From positions 28,880,388 through 28,944,387 of the forward strand of contig NC_092670.1 of assembly GCF_964355755.1 (NCBI RefSeq): a stretch of 64,000 nucleotides of DNA, given 5' to 3'. The position numbers and the translations under genes are program-made. The stretch is from Antedon mediterranea. Taxonomy: Eukaryota; Animalia; Echinodermata. Shown here piece after piece: positions 1-14,239 of this stretch (the stretch's first letter is position 1; each line of letters opens with the position of its first letter). The notes under the pieces were generated by a model. It saw nothing but the letters and a program-made list of their open reading frames with translations, did no database searches and had not been told where the DNA came from.

Positions 1-2573
1 ATAAAGTAGGCCTACATACCACCAGCACACAACAGGGCTACACACCACACAGAACAACAGGACAGGGTCTGGGTGGGAAATCAAAATTATCTCCGCGTAA
101 TAAATGATCCATTCAATGTTTGATTTGCGGAGAAGCTAGCCTATCATATCAAGACGAGTTTTCATGTTCTTGGGAAAAATCCCATCAAATGTTTACCAGA
201 CTACTAGGCATATAAAATAATTTCTAGCCTTCAGAAACTACCCAAGTACACATTGTCTAAAAGTAACATAGCGCATGCGCATCATCTTAGTTGTTGAGTC
301 TTTGAAATTCTGAAATATGAATATTAAAACGGTGTACGAGTGAGTAGCCAATCGCATGCAGCTAAAACTAGTCAACCGGATAATCGTATGCACCAAGAAT
401 TCTTGGTGTCAAACCACGTGACTTGTGCGTGTTTCCCCAGACGGAGTATCCAAAATCAAGTAGTATACGTATGAAACGCCATATGTGCCAAAATATTTAT
501 CTTTTTACTAATATTAAGACAAAACTCCGTCTGGAACCCAGACTATAGCCTTTAGTGTTTTGATTCAGTTTGGTTAACCATGAATTTTAGTTACAGTTTT
601 TTGGATGTCCCTTTCATGAAGCGAAATAAGAGGTTCCAGGTTCCGATTTAGCTAGTCTATTTTTTTCCCAAACAACAGAGCCGAATAAAAGAACACTTCT
701 AATAACGCTATAAAAAAATGTTTAGAATTTCGAATTTAAGTTTACTGAGGAAAAAACATTCTCTGACTTGCTATTTTAGTTATGAATAATTGTTGGTTTC
801 CTAGTTAAGGTTTTAATCAAGAACAACACCAAGGGTCTGTTTCTGGTGAGAAAAATAAAAATAATTCAAATAATAATTAAAATAATAATAATAATAATAA
901 TGATCGGTTATCTGATAACCGCTTTTTAAAAATTACGTCATCCATACCCACAACGCAGTCGAAGTTATGGAAGGCCGATGAAAGTTGGTTTGTTTACATC
1001 CTATTGCTGCCTAAAACTCTCACATGTAGGATTAAAAACTGAACTCTTACCTAAAGCTATATAATTTGTAAAATAAACATCTAGGCCTACTACCGTACCA
1101 CATACAACAGAATAATGATGTTATATTAATTAGGGCACGTCGACGAGAAAAGTTTGTTTCGCCGTTGGTGCTACTCTAGGGCCTAGCTAGACTATATATT
1201 TCTACCGAAACAACAGGCCTAAAAAAGGACATGCAAAACATCGTTAGCCTGGACTGGTGGGATGTAACGGTGTACTTGTAACGCAGAATCCTGAAGTCTC
1301 TCGGTATAATTCTCCCCCACAAAATAATAACAAATGTTTAACATTTAATTGTTATTATTTCATTGGTCCATATCGTTGTTTTGCTGATCGTAGTCGATCG
1401 CGCAAATAAACACCATGCTTTGTGAATGAGGGTTGCCATACTCTAGAGGTCAAAGTGTGGTCAATAATCGCTATTTGTGTTGCAGCTCAAAACTGCTCTG
1501 CAATAATCGGTTAAAACAAGAAATAATTGGTTAAAACATGCAATGGATTGAGTGTTTTTAATCGGTTATTTTTTAATCGGTTATTTCATTTTGCGCCGTT
1601 TCTGCTGCCCAAAAATAATTGATTAAAAAAAAAACCCCAAGATACTTAAATTCGTCTACTATTTCAAATTGTGTTTGTTATCAGTGATGGCATAGAGATA
1701 TTATAGTTCACTAGATTAGAAATAGATTTAAATTCCATTAGACATGACAGACTCAAGAATGTCATGACAGACTAAGAATGGCAATACAAAAATGTAGACA
1801 AAATTGTTTAAAATAGTATATTTTGAAATACGATTACAATGAACATACAAAGTGAAAAGAACTATATTTTACTGTATCATTTAAAATTGTTCACTGAGGA
1901 GGGCCACTCTAGTAAAGTATAACATTGTGAATACCTAAACATAATAAACATGAAGAAGAATGTTTAAGAATTAATCGGGTATTAAACACAAACCAGCCTT
2001 TGATTTCTTTTTGTATTTTTTTTATTGCAGACTTTTCAATTATTTTTATTTAAGTCTATTGTATCAAGTTATCCAGAACAAATTTTTAACATGACCTCTA
2101 ATTAAGGCCCTAGAGAAATTCACCATTTTACTAATGTCATAACAAAAATGTTGGGATAAACTGTTATGAAATAAATATTGATGAAAGAAATGGAAATGAA
2201 CTGAATTTGTGTTGAAAATATGTTTCTAAAAAATAAGGATTTTTTATTAAATTTCCTGCTTAATGATGTATACTTAAAACTTGTATTTTTTTTATTTATG
2301 AAATCTATAAATTAAAAAAAATCAAATAAGGCAAATAATTTTGATTGATTTTCGAGAATGGATGCTATAAGCGATTAGAATTTTTCATTTGTGTAGAACT
2401 TTTAGATTTAATTTTCAATGATTGTGTTGCTCTGTGACTCACAGTACTTCCAACTATCAACAGAATTTGCAATGCCTTCCAACCTTTGAGAATTTCAATA
2501 TGGTTGAATTTTGGTTTAATCACCAAACACCACTCATGGCATGTTGGTCACACACCACTGTACAAACTCAGCA

Positions 2574-2635
2574 TTATATCTCCAGTCTTAGCTTGCCTGC
2601 TACAAGACTGTTCAGGAGACTAATTTGGCTTTTCA
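2574..2635 (-). CDS. Probable terminal coding exon of host gene (VKSQISLLNSLVAGKLRLEI*)
   Basis: First non-TE sequence past the 12-kb TE block. A phase-1 AAG acceptor gives an open frame to TAA, followed by UTR-like sequence and minus-strand AATAAA near 2245 and 2293. The acceptor is weak. Confidence 0.4.
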
Positions 2636-2855
2636 CTTGATTAGATATGATAAACATATTATAATACAAATGATAACATGTAGAAAAATTTTTTTTAATT
2701 TCTAAACAATTTTGAAATAGTTAACATACAATGCAACTGTTGAGTGCAGACGTGTTGCAAAACCGCTCCCGTCCTCCTCGGCGCCAAGCTAGTTTTTATT
2801 ATTTGTCAGTTATTTAAGCTTATTTAAGCTTTGGCAATTTATTAAAGAAGACATA

Positions 2856-3689
2856 ATGAATGACAAAAAGGATAAAAAGCCTGAAAGAAAGTCTCAAAGA
2901 AATAAAGAAGTAGAAGAAACAACTAATACTACCACTGGAATTGGAGATAAAGGTGAACAAATATTATGCAAATTAAGTAAGCTGGACAACATAGAAGAAC
3001 TTTTACAAGGTATTGCAACCAGGTTGTCTACTATAGAAGAAAACAAAAGCAATTTGAAAAGGATCAGAATGAAATCAACCAACTCGAGGTAGGAGTTAAC
3101 ATTTTAATAAGCGATCTAGATAAAACTAAAAGTAAAGTTGAAAATTGTGTCCACAAGGATACACTACTGAAGCTAGAAAAAAGGTTAGATGATTTGGAAA
3201 ACAGATCTAGGCGAAATAATATTGTTCTATGGGGTGTGTGTGAAGGCTTGGGAAACTCTTTGGACTGTACTGAAGTGTTTTTAGATATAGTTAAATCGCT
3301 TTTAAAAATTGATAAAGAAATAGAAGTTGAACGAGCGCATCGTAGCCCCATGGGAAAATTAGCCTCTGCTGCAGCCGCTACCAGATCATTCGCCACGTCC
3401 TATACATGTAAAACTCCTTCGGTACATGGACAAGGAACTAGTTCTTCGCTCAGCGCCGAAAGCATTGAAAGGTAAATATTACCATGAAAACACGTTGTTT
3501 ATTACCGACGATGTATCCGCTTCAGTTAGAGCGGATAGGGCAAAACTAAGAGGTGATTTAATTAAAATACGAAAAAGAGGACAGTTTGCTATAATCCCAT
3601 TTACTGTTCCAGCATACATGTTAAAAAAGGGTACCGATGGTAAACTAAAGAAAGTGTACCCTAATGAAGTAAGTGAGACCAAGAAGTAG
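2856..3689 (+). pseudogene. LINE ORF1 (coiled coil + L1-type RRM/CTD), frameshifted
   Basis: LENRSRRNNIVLWGV, IEVERAHR and LFITDDVS motifs spread over three ORFs. Confidence 0.85.
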
Positions 3690-4855
3690 ACTTAACATAT
3701 ACTGTACCGAGATTAATTTTTAGTCTTTGTTTCAGTTGGGCTTACGTTACTTTAGTTAGATATGCCAGTAACCTGGTATGCAAGATTTTATGAATAAATT
3801 TTCTTAATTCTATTAAAATAGATAAACATCAATGTATTCTGCTAGGAGACTTTAATATTGATCTGTCCAAATCAGACGATGATAAGTCGATAGATGAAGT
3901 TTCTACAGCCTTAACTTGTATTAATTTAAATCAAATCATAACCGTTCCTACAAGGATTACGAAAACGTCATCGACAATCATAGATCATATCTATACTAAT
4001 GTTGTTAGTAATTCAATACATTCTGGTACAATTGCATGTGATATTTCAGACCATTTACCTACCTTTGCAATATTTGCTAACACTAAGTATACAGGAAACG
4101 TTAAGGGTAAAATTAAGCATAGAAACTACAAATATTTTGATGAACAAAGATTTATTGATGAACTATCTCTTATTTCTTGGGATGCAATTTACTCTTGTAA
4201 TGAGGTTGATGAAGCATACAAGTTATTTGTTTCATTATTTAGTGATTATTGTAATATTCATGCCCCAATGGTAGAAAGATCTTCAAAAACAAAAACAAAA
4301 AATAAACCATGGATTACCAAATCAATTAAAAAATCAATTCAAAGGTGATTAAATCAGGACATGAAATTAGTAAAGTATCCATATAAGAAGTATAGAATTA
4401 CGTTAACAAAAGTACTTAGACTAGCTAAAAGAAATTACTATACTACTTTACTTTTACACAACCAGAATAATTCCTCGAAAACATGGCAAACTATCAATAA
4501 TCTTCTTGGGAAAAACAAATCTAATCATAACCTACCTGAAAAATGAATAATTAAACACGATAATGGTAATGAAATAGTTCAGGATACTCCCGAACAAATT
4601 GTAAATACCTTTAATAATCAGTATTTCACTAACATCGGTCCCAACCTTGCAGAGAAAATTGCATCTACTGTACATCAATGTATTCTGATTTTTTGACAAA
4701 TGTTTCAGACAAATCTTTCTTTTTAGTGGAGTCTGTTAGGGATATTTTGGTTCACTTTTTTCCAAAAGCATCAAATTTGGTATACAGGTTGCCCACCCTA
4801 TACAAATTAAATTTTTGATGGGCGCCAAGCAAAATGACCCCTTGGGTCACCTAAT

Positions 4856-6190
4856 CAGGGGCGCAGCCAGCAAAGAATTAAAGGGGGGGTCAACCAATAT
4901 GTGAGTATTTCGCGAGCGAAGCGAGCAACCATGGGCTGGGGGCCGCCAAGGGCCCCCAGTTGGGGTCCAGGGGGCTTCGCCCCCTGGAAGCTTTGGCGGT
5001 CTAGGGCAATCTAGATCATTTGAATCGGTTTACGCACACACAAATATGACAATGTTAACACTAATAAACTGAAACAAAGAAAACAAAAAACAACTCTCAT
5101 TTTCATTACAGAACATTTTTATATTCCAGGCTGCCACAGACAAACACTTTTTTTCTTGCTTGTTTGTTGATTTGTGTAGAGAGGCTGTAAACTCAGAGGA
5201 GGAATTTTGAATTCCTCCCTTTTCACCAATACAAAAGTTGCATGAAATGAACGTAGAGATGCAAAAGTTTGAAAAAAGAAATTAGAATGATAGCATGGAG
5301 AGAGAGGGAATATTATTAAATGAGAACCGTAAGGTTAGAGTTCATACACTGTGCAAGTCCAAGAAGCTATCTTGGCTCCGTGTGTATGTGAGACGCTTAT
5401 CATACCCAGTACATACAATATTTTGTTTAAAAATATACCTATTTTGTTCGAATGTATAGTATAGGTGATAGCTTATACATAATTGTAATAACTAACTTCT
5501 AAATTATTATCATACATTTTACGTTAGTTACTAACGGCGCTCTTGACATCGCGTGATGCATCTTTAAACATAAGTTTGGAACATTCTTCTTGGCTTGGAG
5601 ACAGAATTCGCAAATGACATTCTCTGTATTAATGTTCATGTTAAAGTGTATGTTCATGAGGCACAATCCCGAAAGCTGCTCATAAGACATGTGATTTCCC
5701 AAACAGGTTTTCGTTCTCCATAAAGTCGAAAAACTCCGCTCAGCTTCAGCAGACGTTACGGGCATAGGCCTACGCGATTAGAAGAAGTGCACGCACATTT
5801 CGGGAACACATCTGGATCCGCTAATTTTACACAGTCGCAGTCGCTTCCATCACTGAAGCTCGGAATGAAGATGTTCGTGTCTTGGCAGATCATCGTACCA
5901 AATTCAAGTTCCTTGAAGACTTCTTCAACATTACACTTCACGATAGACTCGGGTGCTACGCCAAATATTTTAAAGCATGGCCTGTTATCGGCAGAAAAAC
6001 GGGTTTTTAACTCGATCGGTTTGTAATCAAGAAGTTGATTTGGTAATACTGCTCGGTAGTAATCTTCCACGGTATCTCCAGGATGATTTGATCTGTATTG
6101 TTGTCTCATGTTTTTATTTATTTTTTCTAAAAAAAAGGGGGTTCAGGACCCCCGTGACCCCCCCCCCCCCCCCCAATGGCTGCGCCCCTG
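4856..6190 (-). mobile_element. hAT-derived element with 5-bp TSD and transposase C-terminal remnant
   Basis: TIR CAGGGGCGCAGCC / GGCTGCGCCCCTG, TSD CTAAT. MPVTSAEAERSFSTL...LSGLCLMNIH is the hAT dimerisation motif (5499-6109). Confidence 0.85.
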
Positions 6191-8269
6191 CTAATTTGCA
6201 TAATTTTAAATGGCGGATACTTTCGCTTAAACAGTCTATATCTCTGAAACTACTGGTCATAGAGAGTTGATTTTTAGCTCAAAATGTTCAAAACATAAAC
6301 ATTCCTATTTACTCTAATGAAGTATTTTTGAAAAAAATGACCGGAAGTACCAGTTTTAACCTTTGACCCATATTTTAAGGCATTGCCATATCTCAGTAAA
6401 TAGTTGTCACAGACAGTTTATTTAAGTGTCAAATTGTTCAGAATATATATGTTACTATTTAGTTTAATGAAACATTTTATCCAAAAATTAACGGAAGTAC
6501 TCAGTTTTGCCTTTGACCGTTACGGTGTAATTACCAACCTTGTTACGGTTAATATATTTTGATATCCATAAAACTACTTGTCATAGAGAGTTAATTTTGG
6601 TGTCAAAATGTTCAGAACATAAACATTTCTATTTACTATAATAAAGTTTTTTCTAAAATAATGACCAGAAATACCATATTTGACCTTTGACCTGTTTTTT
6701 CAGGCAAATTGCTATATCTCATTATTGGGTTGGCGTGGAAAGTTCATTTTGGTGTCAGATTGTTCAGAATATATATGTTACTATTATGTTTAATAGAAGA
6801 TTTTTCCAAAAAATGTCAGGAAGTACAGTTGACCTGTTACATACATAAAATTATAAATTTGTTCAAGTTAACTGTATATTTATATTATTTTGCAATCCAC
6901 TTTTGAGCACTTGTCGAAGATGGCTACTTGCATGTGCAATTGAACGAAGTATACTGAATGAAGTTGAATATAGTCCTATTTGTAGTGAGTCTAGAGTAAC
7001 GCAAATGAGAGAAAATTGTATAGACAAAAAATACCCAATCTCATTCTCATCTAATCGAGTACTTAAATAAAGTCTTCTACACATTAGCAATAATGTTTAC
7101 TGATGATGTTTTGGAAAGTTAGTGTTTCCATCACTTGTGTTTGTTTGGTTGTTACATTCAGGGTAATTGTCCTATATTGCATTTCTTCGCTGAGTATCTT
7201 TCTTTAAAGGGCCTTCAAACTGGGGTATAACCTACTAATTAAAAGGATGGACATTTTCGGGATGCACAATATAAAAACTAGACTACTGTTGCCATATCAC
7301 GAACCACAACTGAAAAATATATTTTTTCCACCAGACCTAAAGTAATCCTTGGTCCGCCAAACTTGGCAGAATTCTCGAATTTTAATTTTAAAAAATTTGG
7401 CCATCATCTGGACACGATTTGGGTATTACAGTTTTGTTACTTATGACATTACGCCTAATAGTATCATCTTTTTCATTATTGCCTTGTTACTTGATTTTTT
7501 GTAACAACTCTTGGCTTGTGTAACATAATGTATTGATGAGCTGTTTTAACCTCATGAACAGATTTACTTTTATTACTTTCATTTCTTTTATGTACATTTT
7601 CAAAGTATTGAATGATGTGTCCTTTCTCATATCGAGTATTTGGAAAATAATGGCTTATTCAAACTTCTTTAGCAATCCTTGAACAGTCTGGTTGGTTCAG
7701 TCACCATAAGCACATGTATGGTAATTGTAATATTTTCAGTGTTCTCGTAAAGACGAAATGCTCCATCATGTTCTGAGCTTGAGTATGATATTGTTTCTTA
7801 GAAATGAGGCTAAACCTTTTTGTTGATTTTTGCACAACATTTCCATTCATAAAATTTGCATTGTTCACATAGTCAAAGACATGCAATACAGAGTTCATTT
7901 TAAGTTTGAAAAAAGGGCAATATATGAAAAAGAGGATACTAGAGCGTAACATGTCATTAGTAACAAAACTGTTCCTATTCATCCAATCTCTTCTAGGTGA
8001 TTACTGTATATGGTCGATTTCTTTTTTTTTTTTTATTTGAAAATCTTTGAGAACCACCAAGCTGGACGGTCCTTGGATGACTTAGGTCTGGAGGACAGAA
8101 ATCTTCGGTGTCTTTTCCCCATTCAGTGGTTGTTCGTGTTATGGCAACAAAGAGAAATGTAGCAACATGAAATTGTTATGCAACAGCAAACACAAGTGAC
8201 GGAAACACTAACTTTCCAAAACAAAACTTTTACTGGATTTCATCAGTAGGCCTACACATTATTGCTAAA

Positions 8270-8663
8270 TATTTAGTTTAAATGTTCCTGGTCGTACACG
8301 AAATAGACATTTATTGCATATTCCTTTTAGCCGTGTCGACTGTACTAAGAGGGGACTTTTTCATAGACTACCTTATACATTTAATAATCTAAATAGCAAT
8401 CATATCGATATTTTTAATGATAGACTTGGTTATTTTAAGAGGACGATGATGTGTTCACTTCTTGAACAGCCTGCATAACCTGTTTTAATTGAAATTGTTT
8501 ATGGCATGCCAATCTATGTTTTATATATATATATATATATTTTATCTGTATTTTATTGTTAACCGTTTTTGATGTTGTATTGTTTTATGTTTCAAACCTG
8601 TTAGTGGCGGTATTTATCGCTGTTGGTTTTGATTGAATAAAATAAAATAAAATAAAATAAAAT
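8270..8663 (+). mobile_element. 3' LINE fragment with (TAAAA)n tail inside the Academ right TIR
   Basis: Absent from the left TIR, reads NVPGRTRNRHLLHIPFSR..., ends in an A-rich tail. Confidence 0.55.
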
Positions 8664-9558
8664 TTGGAAGACTTCATTTAAGTACTCGATTAGATGAGAT
8701 TGGGTATTTTTTGTATATACAATTTTCTCATTTCTCATTTACATTACTCTAGACTCACTACAAATAGGACAATCTATTCAACTTTGTTCAGTATACTTTG
8801 TTCAATTGCACATGCAAGCAGCCATCTTCGACCAGTGCTCAAAAGTGGGTTGCAAAATAATATCATAATACAGTTAACTATACAATTAACTGAACAAATT
8901 TATAAATTTTATGTATTTAACAAGTCAATAACTATACTTCCTGACATTTTTTTGAAAAGTCTTCTATTAAGCAGAATAGAAACATATATATTCTGGACAA
9001 TCTGACACCAAAATGAACTTTCCACTCCAACCCAATAATGAGATATGGCAATTTGCCTGAAAAAACAGGTCAAAGGTCAAATATGGTATTTCTGGTCATT
9101 ATTTGAGAAAAAACTTTATTATAGTAAATAGAAATGTTTATGTTCTGAACATTTTGACACCAAAATTAACTCTCTATGACAAGTAGTTTTATGGATATCA
9201 AAATATATTAACCGTAACAAGGTTGGTATTATTACACCGTAACGGTCAAAGGCAAAACTGAGTACTTCCGGTCATTTTTGGATAAAATGTTTCATTAAAT
9301 TAAATAGTAACATATATATTCTGAACAATTTGACACTTAAATAAACTGTCTGTGACAACTATTTACTGAGATATAGACTGTTTAAGCGAAAATGTCCGCC
9401 ATTTTCAATTATGCAAATTAGGTGACCCAAGGGGTCATTTTGCTTGGCGCCCATCAAAAATTGAATTTGTATAGGGTGGGCAACCTGTATACCAAATTTG
9501 GTGCTTTTGGAAGAAACTGAACCAAACACCCTTATTTCAGCCCTAACAGACTCCACTA

Positions 9559-11044
9559 TTTTAAACCCTACATGTTATGACGAAGTTCTTCATTTATTAA
9601 AAGGTATTGATATTAGAAAATCAGCTGGATATGATGATTTACCGGCTAAATTGATTGTTATAGCTGCAAACGTCATTGCAATGCCGCTATCCTACATTAT
9701 TAATTTATCATTTACACATAGTCGTTTCGCCACTGCTTTGAAAGTAGCAAAAGTAATACCTCTATTTAAGAAAGGTAATACAGATAACCCCGGTAATTAT
9801 CGTCCAATTTCCATTTTGCCTCTATTTAGTAAAATTTTTGAAAGAATTATCAATAACAGACTTATTATCTTCTTTGAAAAATATAATTTGTTCTTTAAAC
9901 ACCAGTACGGTTTTCGTGAAAAATATAGTACAAAATTATCCCTAATTAATCTAATTAATCATTTTCTTAATACCAAGTTGATAATAATAAGTCTTCACTA
10001 GGTATATTTATTGATTTTTCTAAAGCCTTCGATACAATTAATCACCAAATTTTGTTATCCAAATTATATTATTATGGTATTAGAGGGCAACCGTTACTTT
10101 TGTTTACTGATTATTTAAAAAATAGATCCCAATTTGTTTTTTCGAACGGTCAAAGCTCCGATCATTTATCAATTCAATGCGGTGTTCCATAAGGCTCGGT
10201 TATTGGACCCACTCCTTTTCTAATCTATAATAATGATTTACCAAATTCTTCCATTTTTTTTTAATATCGTTTATTTGCTGACGACACTACCTTATATCAC
10301 AATTTTGCAGGCAGTAATCTTGATTTGTCTATGGTAAATCATCATTTTCAAAAATATTAATGTTAATTTGGTTAAAACTAATTATATTATTTGTTGTAAC
10401 CGATATAAAACTATTAATAAATCAAACAATATTTATTAAAAACATGTTATGATTAAAGAAGTCAATGAAATTCAGTTTTTAGGTGTTAAATTAGATAAAC
10501 AAATCGCATGAAAGAGCCATATAAACTTTATTAAAATAGGATAAAAAAGAAATCTGGAATTCTGTTTAGTTTACGCCATATTGTACCCCGTAATATTTTA
10601 CTTATGCTTTATAAATCATTTATTCAATCAAATATTACTTATGGTTTAGAAGTCTGGGGTAGCACGTATAAGTCGCATCTATATCCTATTTTACTTGTCC
10701 AAAAAATGTGTCTTAGATGTATAACTGTCTCTGATTTTATGGCTCCATCTTCTCCATTATTTAAAGATCTGGGTATTTTAGACGTTTTTAAGTTGTTTGA
10801 ATTAAATATAGTTAAGTTTGTTCATGACCAAATTAACGGCAAAACACCACATCAAACAATGGAATACTTTTATTTAATTACACATAATGCTAGTACCAGA
10901 TTTAGTAATAGATATAATTTTGCAATTCCGAAAGCTCGCACAGATGCTGGTAAATTTAGAATTTCTTTTAATGGAGCTCAACTTTGGAATAATTTACCCT
11001 TAGTTAAAAAATGTACCTCTTCTAGATTTAAATTCATAAATGAA
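9559..11044 (+). pseudogene. LINE ORF2 reverse transcriptase region, degenerate
   Basis: KVAKVIPLFKKG, NYRPISILP, QYGFR, FADDTT, YGLEVWG, with multiple stops and frameshifts. Confidence 0.88.
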
Positions 11045-11236
11045 TAGTCGAGGACAAAAATCTGAAAAGATGCTTAGAAATCAAGTTAGGGGGAGTGGAA
11101 TGTTAGAGGCTGTCAACATAGCCAGATATCCTAATTAAACCCTTCTGATCACTCTAAGCCCTGTTGACACTTAATTTTTTGCCTCGTCTTGAAATGGCGG
11201 CCATTTTTTTATAAAATGTCGATAAAATCAGATCTA

Positions 11237-12697
11237 CAGTCTCTAGGCTCGCACTGGCCGATCGCCAAGTCGCCATGGGCGAAAACGTTTCTAGATTGGC
11301 GAAAAATAAAACGGCTACTTTAGCCATTTTAGCGATGACATATGATAAAATAGATAATTAAATAATCATTTTGGCGAAAGCATAAAGTCCAACTAAAACG
11401 TCCATTTGTCGATCTCCAAGCATTTATTTTGTTCGTTATCACGTTGTTTACTTCAAGCTCGATTTTTCGTAAACTTGTTTCGTTGTACCAGGCGTCTCTT
11501 TGTTATTTCAAAAAGATGGATAGCAGAGGTAGACTGCACAGAGAGAAAGACGTTACACGACACATGGATGATGAAGTCTACCCAAACTATCACGTGTTGT
11601 GCGCTGCACAAACGATCGACTACGTAGCCGACGGTCGGCTAATTACCGGGATTGTCTATTTTTTCGATAGGGGTGTACTTTTCAGATTAAAAAGAAACAT
11701 TATAGTATCTTCGATGAATGACGTCTTAATCTTATCGAAATCAAAAATGTATGCGTTATGCATTTTAGAGTCTTCCAATTTAATGTAGTTTCATATTTTA
11801 GCCTTAATAAACTTCCCTCGTGCGTCAGTAGTGTAAACAAAACAACATGCGGGAAATGGTAGAGTCTAACGGGGATTTAGCTAAACACACACGTGCATCT
11901 GAGCGGGGCCGGTCGCCGGCTTAATTCTGTGTTGTTTTGTGTAAATAAATAATAATCGGAAATTTCTCGCCCTGACAGAAACGCTTCGGCGCAGTCTTGG
12001 GGGATGGAAAGACGTGTACTCTGTGCTTTGGCCTATATTATCTTACTTTTAAGAACGATACGAGTGTTCGTTTGCTAGGAATTTTCCTCAATATTTTTAG
12101 CATACGATATACCGTTGCGTTGTTGTACATAATTTTGTAGGCCTAGGCCGGCGGTTCTGCACTTTCGCACCTCTTGAGCATACCCAATTTAAAAACATTA
12201 ACCCGCTGCGCGGCGGTGATTCTAGGACACGATTTTCGCCTGGTACGCCATGACCAGCCAAGCGTAAAAAACAAAAGTAACATAGCGTTCAGGGGATTTC
12301 AGAAAACTGTTAAATGTTTCTTATTAAATTGATAACTGTATAAATGCTGTATGATTAAAAACAATTTGAAGAATTGTTTTGATCATGTAAAAAAAATACC
12401 AAAAAAAATATTTTTTTTAATCATACAGTGATTTAGGCATGGTTCTTTATCTCAATGCCTTACAAAAATGTTCAGGGAACAGTGTATAGACCTGTTGACA
12501 TAGATAAATTGACTAAAATATTTTTACCACTATATTTCAAAAATTTTAAATTTTGGCTATAAACCGATTCATTTGGCTAAATAAAAAAATTTGACTTTAG
12601 CCATTTTGGCTATAGATAAACTGATTTGACAAAAAAAAATATTTTGACTTTCGCCAAATGGCTAAACAAAATGAAATGTTAGTGCTACCCCAGACAG
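11237..12697. mobile_element. TA-TSD DNA element nested in the left TIR of Academ-2
   Basis: Interrupts cagatcTA|aataagg, which is intact in the right TIR. Imperfect TIR CAGTCT...GCACT and subterminal TTTGGCTA repeats. Confidence 0.6.
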
Positions 12698-12864
12698 TAA
12701 ATAAGGTAGATACACAATCTTGGTGTCTAAACACATGTACTTCAGACACGGAATCCATTAGGCTTTGTTGACACTTCAGTTTTTGCCTCGTATTAAAATG
12801 GCAGCCATTTTTCAAAATGGCCACCATTTTTATATAAAATATGCATAAAATGAGATCTAAATAA

Positions 12865-13285
12865 GTTTTTTGGACAAGTAGTTCTCGAGAAAATGCAATT
12901 TCAGTTTACTTTACTTTAAAACTGCTCGCCGGCTTTTGAAAATTCTCTCCTATCTTTTAACAATAGCAGGTCTGAAAATAATACTAAAAAGTGGTCCAAA
13001 ATTGGGACCGTGGAACTTGACCACATATCTATCTAACCCTAATTTTGGTAAAGATCTCGCAATAACTTTTTGAGTAATCCTGCTAACAAACAGACAAACA
13101 AATGAAAGCACTCAGAAACTTCAGTGAAGTACTTGGCAAAATATATCCACTGATACTGATAGGGAGCATGTTGAATGATACATTTTTTTGCTTTAGATAT
13201 TATTAGCTTGACATAGTTCAAATCCAGCTGGGGTTTATAATTTGGGTACGCGATAGACTACATATATCTCCTTAGCGGAGGTAAA
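12865..13285. mobile_element. Partial Helentron/DINE-like element
   Basis: Matches 16315-16470 and 17160-17285. Terminal hairpin CTCC-TTAGC-GGAG. Confidence 0.5.
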
Positions 13286-14239
13286 TAATATTAGTTTATG
13301 TAATAGGAGGGCCTACAGTCAAGATGAAACATCTGTGAAGTTACATGCAAATGAATTCAACAAAAGCCGAGGCTTTAAAATCCTAGTCATGGCTCTATAC
13401 AAACTAAACCTTTACCAATTTGTAAAACAAATTCTAGATTTTCGATTTCATGAACAGATAAATTAGGTAACCATTTTGAAAAATGTTAGCTACTGTGCAT
13501 TAACTGAAAAAATTAATTAATTAAACTATTTAAATTTATTTATTATAGATTTAATGGATTCCTTGCCTGAAAAAAACATGTGTTTAGACACCAAGATCAT
13601 GCATATACCTTATTTAGATCCGATTTTATGCACATTTCTATAAAATTAGCGGCCATTTTGAAAAATGGCCGCTATTTCAATACGAGGCAAAAACTGAAGT
13701 GTCAACAAGGCCTAATGGATTCCGTGTCTGAAGTACATGTGTTTAGACACCAAGATTGTGTATCTACCTTATTTAGATCTGATTTTATCCACATTTTATA
13801 TAAAAATGGCGGCCATTTTGAAAAATGGCTGCCATTTTAATACGAGGCAAACACTGAAGTGTCAACAAGGCCTAATGGATTCCGTGTCTGAAGTACATGT
13901 GTTTAGACACCAAGATTGTGTATCTACCTTATTTAGATCTGATTTTATCCACATTTTATATAAAAATGGTGGCCATTTTGAAAAATGGCCGCCATTTCAA
14001 GACGAGGCAAAAAATTAAGTGTCAACAGGGCTTAGAGTGATCAGAAGGGTTTAATTAGGATATCTGGCTATGTTGACAGCCTCTAACATTCCACTCCTCC
14101 TAACTCATTTTTTTCACATTTTTTGCCTAGACAAGAAGTTAAATGTTTACTTTTACAAAAATATTAATGTTAGCCCTTGTTTACATTATTTCTTTCATAT
14201 AGTTGCTTTCTTATTGAATTATTGTTGATAGATGAAAAT

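Larger units (their letters stand above)
4724..9558. mobile_element. Academ-type non-autonomous DNA transposon with ~1-kb TIRs
   Basis: Ends TAGTGGAGTCTGTTAGGG / CCCTAACAGACTCCACTA. 4724-7130 is inverted to 8180-9558. A 3-bp TTT duplication restores the host frame KSFFLNPT. Confidence 0.8.
11045..14134. mobile_element. Second Academ-type element
   Basis: Ends TAGTCGAGG / CCTAGACAA with long TIRs containing ~120-bp tandem units (13553-14030). TSD GAA; removal restores LINE ...FINEVKCLLLQKY*. Confidence 0.78.

Noticed and set aside
2633-2701. C-terminal transmembrane tail (IFLHVIICIIICLSYLIK), MAVS-like
   Set aside because: It needs a 1-nt change in an A8 run to be in frame, and AT-rich DNA readily yields hydrophobic peptides.
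13387-13394. Alternative terminal exon (…EP*)
   Set aside because: The phase fits, but it lies inside the Academ-2 element. The non-TE candidate at 2574-2635 is preferred, though neither is proven.
13580-14018. Repetitive ORFs MAAILKNG...
   Set aside because: Products of 120-bp tandem units in a TIR.
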